Below are positions 1 through 10,059 of a stretch of 64,000 bases of DNA, piece by piece. A model generated the notes under the pieces. It was given only the letters and a program-made list of their open reading frames with translations, was not told the DNA's origin and did no database searches. The stretch covers positions 31,990-95,989 of the forward strand of contig SUVV01000009.1 in NCBI GenBank assembly GCA_015061805.1, given 5' to 3'. The stretch's first letter is position 1, and each line of letters begins with the position of its first letter. The position numbers were made by a program, and so were the translations under genes. This stretch comes from Lentisphaerota bacterium. GTDB lineage: Bacteria; Verrucomicrobiota; Lentisphaeria; Victivallales; Victivallaceae.

Positions 1-64
1 CCAATTTGAATAATCCATCTGGTGAATTTTTGACAGAAAATATTTTTTGAAGAATATTTTTCAT
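1..64 (-). CDS. N-terminal 21 codons of an unidentified CDS running off the window edge
   Basis: ATG at 64..62 lies 7 nt downstream of the GT2 stop. The reverse-strand translation MKNILQKIFSVKNSPDGLFKL stays open to position 1. Too short to assign. Confidence 0.3.
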   Translation of the reverse strand, partial: MKNILQKIFSVKNSPDGLFKL

Positions 65-71
65 ATTTGTT

Positions 72-926
72 TCACCACTTTATTTGAATTCCGAAGAGGC
101 AGATAAAGCGATCTTTCAACTTTATCCGCAAGATGCTTTGCCGGTAATACTTACAATACAACATGGCTTTTCTGAACCAGCAATCATTGTAAAGGAACTG
201 ATTCCTTTTGAAATCCATCAGAAAAATATTTTTTCTGTCATATCGGGTTTTATTCACGTAACTGCTTTTGTGCATGCGCCAGTTGGACAATTTTTCCGGA
301 CAATAGTACATCATGACTTCCGAAGCCAGCTGCCACCACAGAAATTTATCCAAATAAGGTCTTATCGGACAATCATAGTCCAACCCATCCATCAACTCAC
401 GGCGAACCATGACCACCGAAAATGTCGGGATCAGATTGATCTTTTCCTTTTGAAAACTTTTGTGCAGATTGCAGGGAAATGTCAGTTTATGCAAAATGCT
501 CTGCTGATGATCAAAATATTTCCCGTATTTACCGATCACGTCCTGATCTCCAAACATATCAGGAGCGTTGAAAATCAGTCCGACTTCCGGATTTTTTTCA
601 GCAACAGCCAATTTTTTTTCCAGATAATCCGGCTTGAGCGTATCGTCAGATTCAACGAAAGCCACCCATTCTCCGGAAGCATGATCGATTCCGGCTTTCA
701 GCGTTTCAGCAAGCCCCCGGTTGACACCGTTTTCGTGTTGAACAAGTTTTATCCGTTCATCTTTTGCGGCATACGACTTGATGACCTCAACCGAATTATC
801 TTTGGAACCATCATCGACCACGATCATCTCCCAATCTTCAAACGTCTGGGCGATGACACTTTCAATAGTCTCTTTTATATAGTTCTCGTAATTATAACTT
901 GCGGTAACAATGCTTACTTTTGCCAT
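72..926 (-). CDS. Family 2 (GT-A fold) glycosyltransferase
   Basis: KVSIVTASYNYENYIKETIESVIAQTFEDWEMIVVDDGSKDNS followed by ESDD is the classic GT2 N-terminal signature. The ORF is open up to 974. ATG 926 gives the usual M-x-KVSIV start; 938 and 974 are alternatives. Confidence 0.8.
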   Translation of the reverse strand: MAKVSIVTASYNYENYIKETIESVIAQTFEDWEMIVVDDGSKDNSVEVIKSYAAKDERIKLVQHENGVNRGLAETLKAGIDHASGEWVAFVESDDTLKPDYLEKKLAVAEKNPEVGLIFNAPDMFGDQDVIGKYGKYFDHQQSILHKLTFPCNLHKSFQKEKINLIPTFSVVMVRRELMDGLDYDCPIRPYLDKFLWWQLASEVMMYYCPEKLSNWRMHKSSYVNKTRYDRKNIFLMDFKRNQFLYNDCWFRKAMLYCKYYRQSILRIKLKDRFICLFGIQIKW

Positions 927-1007
927 TGCAGTTTCCATCTTTGATATATACGTCCGCTCTAATATATCCCGCACGGCAGAATTTTACAAGTCAAATCCGG
1001 CGAAATT

Positions 1008-2372
1008 TCAAAATCTTTCGATGTCGGCTTCAGTCAGGTCTTTGCCGATGCGGACTTCGATGATCTTGAGTTCGGTCTCCTGCGGATTCTGCAAAGAGTG
1101 TTTCACCCCGGCAGGCACATCATAACTGTCCCCGGCATTCAATCTCACTTCACCATTGTCGGTCACGACCACCGCTTCCCCGGAAAGCACCACCCAATGT
1201 TCGCTCCGCTGCCGATGCAAATGCATGGACAACTTTTTATGCGGCAGCACACAGAGCGTCCGGTTCAGATAGCCATCTCCGCTGTCGGTCACACTGTAAT
1301 ATCCCCAGGGGCGGGCAACAGTCTTGTGAAGCATCACCGCCGAAGAGTTCTCCGCTTTCAACTTTTCATAAAGTTTTTTCACATTCTGGGAATTTTCCAT
1401 CCGGCACGCCATGATCGCATCTTCGGTTTCGACCAGCACGATATTTTCAAGATCGGCAACGGCAACAATTTCCTTCTGCGAATATATCAGCGAATTTTTC
1501 ACATTGTGAACGACCGTCCTGCCGCTCAACACGTTCCCGTCAGCATCTTTGGGTTTGACTTCGTAAATCGCCTGCCACGAACCGAGATCGTTCCAATCCG
1601 AATAGAGCGGAACCAGGGCAATGCGGTCGGATTTTTCCATCACGGCGTAGTCGATGGAGATCGAGGGCATCTTTTCGTAACTGCGGTAATCGATCTGCCC
1701 GTTATCAAACTTCATATCGTTCAAATTGTTGAAAATTTCCGGCATGAATCTTTCAAATTCCGCCAGCAGCACCGAAATTCTGCTGACAAAAATTCCGCCG
1801 TTCCAATAATACGAACCGTCGGCAAGATATTTTTCTGCAGTTGCCAGATCCGGTTTTTCCACAAATTTATCAACTTTGAAACCGGGGCCGAGCGCTTCTC
1901 CGCTCTTCACATATCCATATCCGGTCTCCGGGTAGCCCGGTTTGATGCCGAAGGTAACGATATGGCCATTTCCGGCAAGTTCACACGCTTCAGCAATCGA
2001 ACGGTTGAACATCTCCGCATCCTTGATCAGGTGGTCGCTGGGCAGGATCATCACGATCTCATCATTTGCACCGTTTCTCTGCAGATATTCCAGCGCCGAA
2101 GCAACAGCGGGACCGGTATTCTTGCCCAGCGGTTCGCCCAGAACAGCGCCATTTTCGCCAAGCATGTCCAGCTGCCGTTTGATTTCGGAGGTATGCTGGA
2201 CATTGGTGACAGTCAGAATGTCATTGAAACCAATATATTTTTGCAGCCGCAAAACCGTCTGCTGCAGCAAACTTGAATCTTCTCCGATCGACAACAGCTG
2301 TTTGGGATACATATCACGGGAGAGCGGCCACAGCCGGCTGCCGCATCCGCCTGCCAGAATTATTGCTTTCAT
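1008..2372 (-). CDS. manC: Mannose-1-phosphate guanylyltransferase / mannose-6-phosphate isomerase (type II PMI-GMP)
   Basis: N-terminal nucleotidyltransferase motif MKAIILAGGCGSRLWPLSR and a C-terminal cupin segment (HLHRQRSEHWVVLSGEA ... GVKHSLQNP). The 454-aa length fits the bifunctional enzyme. Confidence 0.9.
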   Translation of the reverse strand: MKAIILAGGCGSRLWPLSRDMYPKQLLSIGEDSSLLQQTVLRLQKYIGFNDILTVTNVQHTSEIKRQLDMLGENGAVLGEPLGKNTGPAVASALEYLQRNGANDEIVMILPSDHLIKDAEMFNRSIAEACELAGNGHIVTFGIKPGYPETGYGYVKSGEALGPGFKVDKFVEKPDLATAEKYLADGSYYWNGGIFVSRISVLLAEFERFMPEIFNNLNDMKFDNGQIDYRSYEKMPSISIDYAVMEKSDRIALVPLYSDWNDLGSWQAIYEVKPKDADGNVLSGRTVVHNVKNSLIYSQKEIVAVADLENIVLVETEDAIMACRMENSQNVKKLYEKLKAENSSAVMLHKTVARPWGYYSVTDSGDGYLNRTLCVLPHKKLSMHLHRQRSEHWVVLSGEAVVVTDNGEVRLNAGDSYDVPAGVKHSLQNPQETELKIIEVRIGKDLTEADIERF

Positions 2373-2421
2373 CTATCGGATTTTCCTTTTCGTATCCCTT
2401 TGAATATTTGAACTTCGGATA

Positions 2422-2450
2422 AAATTAGCATCAAACTGCGCTTTTGTCAA
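2422..2450 (-). promoter_or_regulatory. Sigma70-like promoter candidate upstream of manC
   Basis: On the minus strand, TTGACA (2450..2445), a 17-nt spacer, then TAATTT (2427..2422), about 50 nt upstream of the manC ATG. This is a motif match only. Confidence 0.35.
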
Positions 2451-2473
2451 GCGGGAAAAGATTATTTTGTGCG

Positions 2474-3730
2474 TTATAAAGTCATCCCGGAAGGGAATGG
2501 CTGATGCCGGAGCAATCCCCACATCCGGTCAATGTACGACAAGGTGTAGAATCCTTCGTAATAGTGGAAATAAAAAGCGCCTTTGGCAGTCAATTCAAGA
2601 CAGTCGCCCCGGATAATGATCATCCCGGCGATTTCAGCGAGTTTCAATTCAACTCCGAAAACCTTTTTCAGCGGAATTCCGAAGCATCTTTCAAAATCGC
2701 TGATTTTCACCCGGGTGGTGTACGCCCGCCAGAAAAGCCAGTAGATCATCCGCTGACGCCGGGAAAAATCACACCTCAACGTAATTGGCAACCGACCGGC
2801 TTCGATCCTCCGGCAGTACGCCTCCACCGGGAAAGTATTGATCCGGAATTGATCTTTAAGCAGCGTGGTCGCTGAACAGCCGAAGCCGATAAAATTATCT
2901 CTGGTCATGGAGGAATATTTGTGTTCTTTGCTCCGGGCAAATGTCCAGATGGAATCCCGATGACAGCCGAGAGTTTCAAAATATCCGGTGATTTCATCCA
3001 GCAGCCGCCGTTTTTCCTGTTTTTTCATCGCCTGAACCGGAGTCGGAGTGAAAGAAAAATTGATAAACGGATAAATTGCAACATGGTTGGCTCCGCTTGC
3101 GAATGCGGTATCGATATCGGCTTTCAAATCTGCCGTCTGCTGACCGGGGAGTGCAAAGATGAAATCCATGGAAACCGTTTCAAATCCGACTTGCGACAGC
3201 GCGTTTTTGATTTTTCCGGCATCGACCGTTTCCCTGCCGAGCAGAGTTTGAAATTTCTCCTGAAACGACTGGATACCGATACTGATGCGGCTGACTCCGG
3301 CATTTTTAAGTTTTTGCAGAGTTTCCGTATTGACATCGTGCGGATGCAGTTCAACGCCGATACCGTCGGTGATGATATAATATTTTTTCAACAGTTCAAT
3401 GATCTCTCCCAGACGGTCGGCGGCAAGCGCCGGAGTTCCGCCGCCGAAATAGAGCGAAGTTGTTTCTTTCGGAACCGGCAATCCTCCGGAAACCATAACG
3501 ATTTCCTGTTTGAGCGCATCGATGTAACGGTCGAAGACAGTTTGATCGAACTGCACTTTGCAATAAGGACAAAAGTTGCAGATACTCCGGCAGAATGGGA
3601 TATGGACATACAGCCCCGGACGTTCCGTCTCCTCTATCGCCGGATTTTTCCGTCCGTCATCTGCAATAAAGGTAAACGGCTTGAATGACCGGGTGAGGTA
3701 CATGCGCGTAGCGGTGGTGAGAAGTCCCAT
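2474..3730 (-). CDS. HemN/HemW-like radical SAM protein (coproporphyrinogen III oxidase family); specific function not assignable
   Basis: YVHIPFCRSICNFCPYC (CxxxCxxC) and YFGGGTPAL motifs, 418 aa. The start codon overlaps the upstream radical SAM stop by 1 nt (TGATG at 3732..3728). Confidence 0.75.
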   Translation of the reverse strand: MGLLTTATRMYLTRSFKPFTFIADDGRKNPAIEETERPGLYVHIPFCRSICNFCPYCKVQFDQTVFDRYIDALKQEIVMVSGGLPVPKETTSLYFGGGTPALAADRLGEIIELLKKYYIITDGIGVELHPHDVNTETLQKLKNAGVSRISIGIQSFQEKFQTLLGRETVDAGKIKNALSQVGFETVSMDFIFALPGQQTADLKADIDTAFASGANHVAIYPFINFSFTPTPVQAMKKQEKRRLLDEITGYFETLGCHRDSIWTFARSKEHKYSSMTRDNFIGFGCSATTLLKDQFRINTFPVEAYCRRIEAGRLPITLRCDFSRRQRMIYWLFWRAYTTRVKISDFERCFGIPLKKVFGVELKLAEIAGMIIIRGDCLELTAKGAFYFHYYEGFYTLSYIDRMWGLLRHQPFPSGMTL

Positions 3731-4644
3731 CAGATATACCTCAAATAGGTTTTAAGCATATCGGAAATTATCCGGAGATTTCCCCGGAAAAGCAAGGTGT
3801 ATTCTGCCACAAAGAAGTAACCGCACTGTTCGCACAGTCCGGGAATTTCGATACAGCGCCCGCAGGTACTGATTTTGCCGTTTTCAATTACCAGACATTG
3901 GTGACAGGGAGTGGGGAAAGAGTTTTCGATCAGATAGGGAAGAGCGCTTTTCAAATTGAAAACCGGCGCGCCGTTTTCAATTGCTTCCCGGATGACTTTG
4001 CCGCAGCGCCGCTTGTCGTCGCGGGAAAGCATCAACTGAGCGGTATCCGGATAGGGCGTGTGAAAATTGAATGAAACTGCCCGGACATTGCGTTCCGTTT
4101 CCGCAAGTTTTATCACATCCGGAATTGTTGACATGTTGAGTTTGTTGATCGCCATATAAAAAACGATGTTGTCCGAGGCGGAATTGCGGACATTTTTCAG
4201 GATCGTATCGTAGGTGTCACCCCGGATCAGGTTGTGTCTTTCCCGGTCGCCGTCCAGAGAGAGCAGAATCAGGTCGGCTTCGGGCAGATCGAGCGGAAAT
4301 GTTCCGTTGGTCACCACATTGACGATCAGGAATCCCATCGCTTTGGCTTCGATGACCAGATCGCGGACGGTCTTGCCGCTGTCCTGCCACAGAAATGTCT
4401 CTCCTCCGCAAAAAAAGAGGATCCGGCATCCCAGTCGGTAGAGAGTCTGCATTTCATCGCGGATCTGTGAATAGGGATGAATGACGGCGGTGATATTGTT
4501 GACAGAACAATGTTTACACTTCAAATTACATTTGTCGGTGAGAATGACCGTACCGAGAATAGGTTTTTTCTGCCGGAAAAGGATGGTTTTCACCCCGAAT
4601 GCGGCAAAGTGCACAAATGTGGACAGTTTCATGATATTTTCCAT
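3730..4644 (-). CDS. Radical SAM protein with a C-terminal six-Cys (3x CxxC) region
   Basis: LTDKCNLKCKHCSV radical SAM cluster motif and GGETFL SAM-binding glycine motif. The C-terminus reads CHQC-x10-CGRC-x6-CEQC. An alternative ATG lies at 4632. Confidence 0.7.
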   Translation of the reverse strand: MENIMKLSTFVHFAAFGVKTILFRQKKPILGTVILTDKCNLKCKHCSVNNITAVIHPYSQIRDEMQTLYRLGCRILFFCGGETFLWQDSGKTVRDLVIEAKAMGFLIVNVVTNGTFPLDLPEADLILLSLDGDRERHNLIRGDTYDTILKNVRNSASDNIVFYMAINKLNMSTIPDVIKLAETERNVRAVSFNFHTPYPDTAQLMLSRDDKRRCGKVIREAIENGAPVFNLKSALPYLIENSFPTPCHQCLVIENGKISTCGRCIEIPGLCEQCGYFFVAEYTLLFRGNLRIISDMLKTYLRYI

Positions 4645-4790
4645 TAATTAATGTTACATCGTATAACATAGTGCGCCCCGGTCGTTTTGTCAAATCCGGT
4701 TTTTATCTCTGCCGGTCATGATTTGCAATTTACGGTACCAGGTGCTAATTTATACAAAGAACAGACTGGAAAATTAAAATTGAAGTTAAT

Positions 4791-7079
4791 ATGGACGAAA
4801 AAGTTGCAAATAATCCGGAGCAGACTGATGTGCTTGCTTCGTGGAAGCAGATATCGGCGCTTGTATTGAGTGGTTGTACTTCTTTTCTGGGGTATCGGTC
4901 AGGTTGCGGAGGCTTCTTTTCTGTGCTGTTGTTTTTGCCGGTGATGGGTTTTCTGCACGGTTTTTTTGATAACAAACCCCGGAAAATCTTCGGAAATCTT
5001 CTGTTTCTGATGTTGTTTCCAATTCTGACCGGAAGCCGCGATACACTCTACGGCAGTATTGTTTCCAGGGTACCGGAAGCGATGGGTCCATGGACGGTAA
5101 ACTGCTGTTATTACGGAGCATTATCACTGATTGCTCTGGCAGCATTTATAGCATCACGGTTGATATCCGGACTTTTCCCGATCACTCCTTTACCGCAAAA
5201 AATTCAGCAGACAGGAATGCTGATAATTTTTTCGACAATACTTCTCGGAGGAATTATTGCCGCCTATCTGGGACTTGAATACTGCAACGGAAAATTTATC
5301 AATCTGCCGGGGTGGATGAATCTGTTGATGCCGCTGATACTTGCCGTAGTCGGTATGCTGGCGTTGAAAAAAATCGCCAAACTGATATTTTCATCGGGAA
5401 CGGCACAGCAACAGGGAAATACTCTTTCCGGAAATCCTCCGGATGTCACTCTCGCCGATGTCGCCGGCATGGAAGAGGTTAAAGAACAGATCCGGCTGCG
5501 GATGATTGAACCGGTACGCAACCCTTCGGAAGCCAGGAAGTACGGGTTGAAAAAAGGCGGTGGTATTATGCTCTACGGGCCGCCGGGAACCGGAAAAACC
5601 TTTCTGGCACGGGCGGTCGCCGGAGAATTGAAAATACCATTCTACATGATAACCGCCGCAGATGTTTTCTCCAAATATGTCGGAGAATCGGAACAGAAGA
5701 TAAAAGAGCTTTTTGACAATGCCCGGAAAAATCCGCTTTCAGTCATTTTTATTGACGAAATGGAGATATTTTTCAGTCGCCGAACCGACGATATCCATGA
5801 AGTCACCAGAAAAATAATTTCCGTGATCCTGCAGGAACTTGATGGCGTTGACACCAAAAAAAATCCGATACTGCTGCTGGGTGCAACCAATACCCCGTGG
5901 AAGATCGATGAAGCATTTTTACGTCCGGGCCGTTTTGACATTCACGCATTTGTCGATCTGCCGGATGCTCCGGCGCGGCAGCAGATTTTGTGCGGTGCAT
6001 TCAAAAAAGGCAAGTTGAAATATTCCGACGGATTTATTGATTATCTGGTGGAGAATACTGCATCTTTCAGCGGTGCAGATCTCTCCGGGCTTGCCATGGC
6101 GATCCGTCAGACCGCATTCGATCGCAAAGAATCCGCTTATACCGTAAACCTCGCGGCATCTGTGCTGAAAACATTTACACCATCAGCTAAAAATGAGGTG
6201 ATTTCCAAAATCAACGAGTGGAGGGAATCACAGAACCTTTCCGGGAAAAAATCCGCCCGCGGCAATCTCGCCAATAAACCGGATACCAAACTTGCCGATG
6301 TCGCCGGTATGGAAGAGGTCAAAAAACAGATCCGTCTGCGCCTGATTGAACCGGTAAGAAATTCTGAACTTGCTGCAAAATATGGACTGAAAAAAGGCGG
6401 CGGTGTGATGCTTTACGGGCCGCCGGGAACCGGAAAAACTTTTCTGGCGCGGGCGGTCGCCGGAGAACTGGATCTGCCCTTTTACACCATTACTGCCGCA
6501 GATATTTTTTCCAAAAATGTCGGGGAGTCTGAACAGAATGTCCGGAAGATCTTCGCCGATGCCCGTCAGAATCCCCTGTCCGTGATTTTTGTCGATGAGA
6601 TGGAAGCCATCTTCGGTAACCGCGATCATGATATCCACGAAGTCACCCAGAAGGTAATTTCGGTAATATTGCAGGAACTCGACGGTGTTGACAGCAGCAA
6701 AAATCCGATACTGCTGTTGGGCGCTACCAATACCCCGTGGAAGATCGATGAAGCATTTTTGCGTCCGGGACGCTTTGATATTCACGCTTACGTCGGATTG
6801 CCGGATGCCCCGGCCAGAAAGCAGATCCTGGAAAATGCTTTCCGCGACAGTCCACTGCCGCAGGAACCGGGATTTCTGGACTACATAGTGGGAAATACTG
6901 CCGAATACAGCGGTGCCGATCTTACCGGACTGGTAACTGCCATCCGGCAGCAGGCGTTTGAAATGCTCGCCGAAAGTTATACCATGCAGTTGGCGTATGA
7001 AGTAATGCTGTCCCGGCGCCCGGCTTCCAAAAAGGCCGTGATCTCCCGCATCGAAGAGTGGGAACGCAGCCGCAAATAA
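4791..7079 (+). CDS. Membrane-anchored protein with two tandem classic-clade AAA+ ATPase modules
   Basis: About 205 N-terminal residues carry five hydrophobic stretches. Two modules follow, each with GPPGTGKT (Walker A), VIF(I/V)DEME (Walker B), GATN (sensor 1) and RPGRFD. Confidence 0.85.
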   Translation: MDEKVANNPEQTDVLASWKQISALVLSGCTSFLGYRSGCGGFFSVLLFLPVMGFLHGFFDNKPRKIFGNLLFLMLFPILTGSRDTLYGSIVSRVPEAMGPWTVNCCYYGALSLIALAAFIASRLISGLFPITPLPQKIQQTGMLIIFSTILLGGIIAAYLGLEYCNGKFINLPGWMNLLMPLILAVVGMLALKKIAKLIFSSGTAQQQGNTLSGNPPDVTLADVAGMEEVKEQIRLRMIEPVRNPSEARKYGLKKGGGIMLYGPPGTGKTFLARAVAGELKIPFYMITAADVFSKYVGESEQKIKELFDNARKNPLSVIFIDEMEIFFSRRTDDIHEVTRKIISVILQELDGVDTKKNPILLLGATNTPWKIDEAFLRPGRFDIHAFVDLPDAPARQQILCGAFKKGKLKYSDGFIDYLVENTASFSGADLSGLAMAIRQTAFDRKESAYTVNLAASVLKTFTPSAKNEVISKINEWRESQNLSGKKSARGNLANKPDTKLADVAGMEEVKKQIRLRLIEPVRNSELAAKYGLKKGGGVMLYGPPGTGKTFLARAVAGELDLPFYTITAADIFSKNVGESEQNVRKIFADARQNPLSVIFVDEMEAIFGNRDHDIHEVTQKVISVILQELDGVDSSKNPILLLGATNTPWKIDEAFLRPGRFDIHAYVGLPDAPARKQILENAFRDSPLPQEPGFLDYIVGNTAEYSGADLTGLVTAIRQQAFEMLAESYTMQLAYEVMLSRRPASKKAVISRIEEWERSRK
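5451..7076 (+). repeat. Intragenic tandem duplication of a whole AAA+ module (2 x 840 nt)
   Basis: Unit 1 starts at 5451 (ctcgccgatgtcgcc) and unit 2 at 6291 (cttgccgatgtcgcc), a period of 840 nt. Identical runs include tacgggccgccgggaaccggaaaaac and accaataccccgtggaagatcgatgaagcattttt. Confidence 0.9.
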
Positions 7080-7168
7080 CGGCATCTCAAAAGTATCAGT
7101 TTTCATTAAATTTATCAGACAATCAGGAAATTTCCACGCAGGCAGCGGTTTCCGGTGCTGATTCCGTA

Positions 7169-7197
7169 TTGACAACAGCGTTTTGTGATGTTATATT
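7169..7197 (+). promoter_or_regulatory. Sigma70-like promoter candidate for the oxidoreductase operon
   Basis: TTGACA (7169..7174), a 17-nt spacer ending in TGt, then TATATT (7192..7197). An AGGAG ribosome-binding site precedes the ATG at 7245. Confidence 0.45.
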
Positions 7198-7244
7198 ATA
7201 TAGATTTTTGAAACTTGCTCTAATGAAAAAAGGAGATTTGAAAA

Positions 7245-7469
7245 ATGGCGGTCAAAAAATTCAGAATCCGGATCACCGCTGATGAGTGCAAAGGCTGCGG
7301 CCGCTGCCTTTCAGTGTGTCCGAAAAAGTTGATTTCCCGCGGTCATGACCTGAATATTCAGGGCTACTATCCCGCCGTTGTGGAAAGTCCCGAAAGCTGC
7401 ATCGGTTGCGGTTCCTGCTTCTACCAGTGTCCCGAACCGGGTGCAATCACCATCTTTGAGGAGGAATAA
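7245..7469 (+). CDS. 4Fe-4S dicluster ferredoxin-type delta subunit of 2-oxoacid:ferredoxin oxidoreductase
   Basis: Two CxxCxxCxxxCP motifs (CKGCGRCLSVCP, CIGCGSCFYQCP), 74 aa, directly upstream of the alpha subunit. Confidence 0.8.
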   Translation: MAVKKFRIRITADECKGCGRCLSVCPKKLISRGHDLNIQGYYPAVVESPESCIGCGSCFYQCPEPGAITIFEEE

Positions 7470-7471
7470 TC

Positions 7472-8536
7472 ATGGTGTATCAGAAACGTATGCTGCTCAA
7501 AGGCAATGAAGCCGCAGTTTATGGCGCACTGCTCGCCGGATGCGATTGCTACTTCGGCTATCCCATCACCCCGGCAAGCGAAATCGCCCAGAGTGCCGCA
7601 TTGCTTTTCCCGAAACTCAACCGCACTTTTGTTCAGGCCGAATCTGAAATCGGCGCGATCAATATGGTCATCGGCTGTATCGCTTCCGGACGCCGTGCCA
7701 TGACCGCCAGCAGCGGTCTCGGTATCAGCCTCAAGCAGGAAGCCATGAGCTATCTCGCCGCTTATGAAATGCCCGCAGTCGTCGTCGACGTTATGCGCGG
7801 CGGCCCCGGTCTGGGCAACATCGCCCCGGAACAGGCTGACTATTTCCAGGTGGTCAAGGGCGGCGGTCACGGCAGTTACCGCTGTCTGGTCTTCACTCCG
7901 AATTCAGTTCAGGAAATGTGCGACATGACCTATCAGGCATTCACCATGTCTGAAAAATACCGCATGCCTGCCTACGTCCTGACGGACGGCGTTATCGGTC
8001 AGATGATGGAATCCCTCGAACTGCCGGAACCGGTCAAATATGACTACGCTCCGGAGTGGCGCATGGGCAACATCGTCAACGGCGAAGCCAACTGCATCAG
8101 CAGTATCTACATGGAACCCAACGATCTGGAAGCCTTGAACCACAAACTGCAAGCCAAGTATGCCCTGATCGAAGAAACCGAACAGAGCGTGGAAGAACTC
8201 TACGTCGATGATGCTGAACTCGTCCTCGTGGCTTACGGCATCAGTTCCCGCGTTTCCCAGGGCGCCGTCGAACAACTTCGCAGCGAAGGTTACAAGGTCG
8301 GTCTCATCCGCCCGAAAATGGTCTTCCCGTTCCCCAAGAACAGTCTGAATAAAGCTATCGAACGCGGCACCAAAAAGTTCCTTTGCGTGGAACTCTCCGC
8401 CGGACAGATGATCGAAGATGTGAAACTTGCGATCAACTGCCGGCGTCCGGTCGAACTTTGCAATCGCATGGGCGGTAATCTGCTTACCTGTGAAGATGTC
8501 TGCACCGCCGTCAGAAATATGATGAAGGAGATGTGA
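7472..8536 (+). CDS. 2-oxoacid:ferredoxin oxidoreductase alpha subunit (KorA/VorB-like)
   Basis: LLKGNEAAVYGALLAGCDCYFGYPITPASEI and AESEIGAINMVIGCIASGRRAMTASSGLG are typical alpha-subunit N-terminal motifs. Confidence 0.85.
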   Translation: MVYQKRMLLKGNEAAVYGALLAGCDCYFGYPITPASEIAQSAALLFPKLNRTFVQAESEIGAINMVIGCIASGRRAMTASSGLGISLKQEAMSYLAAYEMPAVVVDVMRGGPGLGNIAPEQADYFQVVKGGGHGSYRCLVFTPNSVQEMCDMTYQAFTMSEKYRMPAYVLTDGVIGQMMESLELPEPVKYDYAPEWRMGNIVNGEANCISSIYMEPNDLEALNHKLQAKYALIEETEQSVEELYVDDAELVLVAYGISSRVSQGAVEQLRSEGYKVGLIRPKMVFPFPKNSLNKAIERGTKKFLCVELSAGQMIEDVKLAINCRRPVELCNRMGGNLLTCEDVCTAVRNMMKEM

Positions 8537-8538
8537 AA

Positions 8539-10014
<1,476 letters not shown>

Positions 10015-10028
10015 TTTTTGAAAACTGA

Positions 10029-10059
10029 ATGTACGGGGAAATGCCCTTTCCCCGTACAT
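10029..10059 (+). terminator. Strong hairpin after the oxidoreductase operon (possible terminator)
   Basis: atgtacggggaaa / tgccc / tttccccgtacat gives a perfect 13-bp stem with a 5-nt loop. The trailing sequence cccggttt is only weakly T-rich. Confidence 0.35.

Noticed and set aside
4687-4869. 60-aa ORF as a possible RiPP precursor for the radical SAM pair
   Set aside because: It has a TTG start with no ribosome-binding site, is on the opposite strand from the radical SAM genes, overlaps the AAA+ start region, and has a basic low-complexity sequence. No other candidate precursor was seen.
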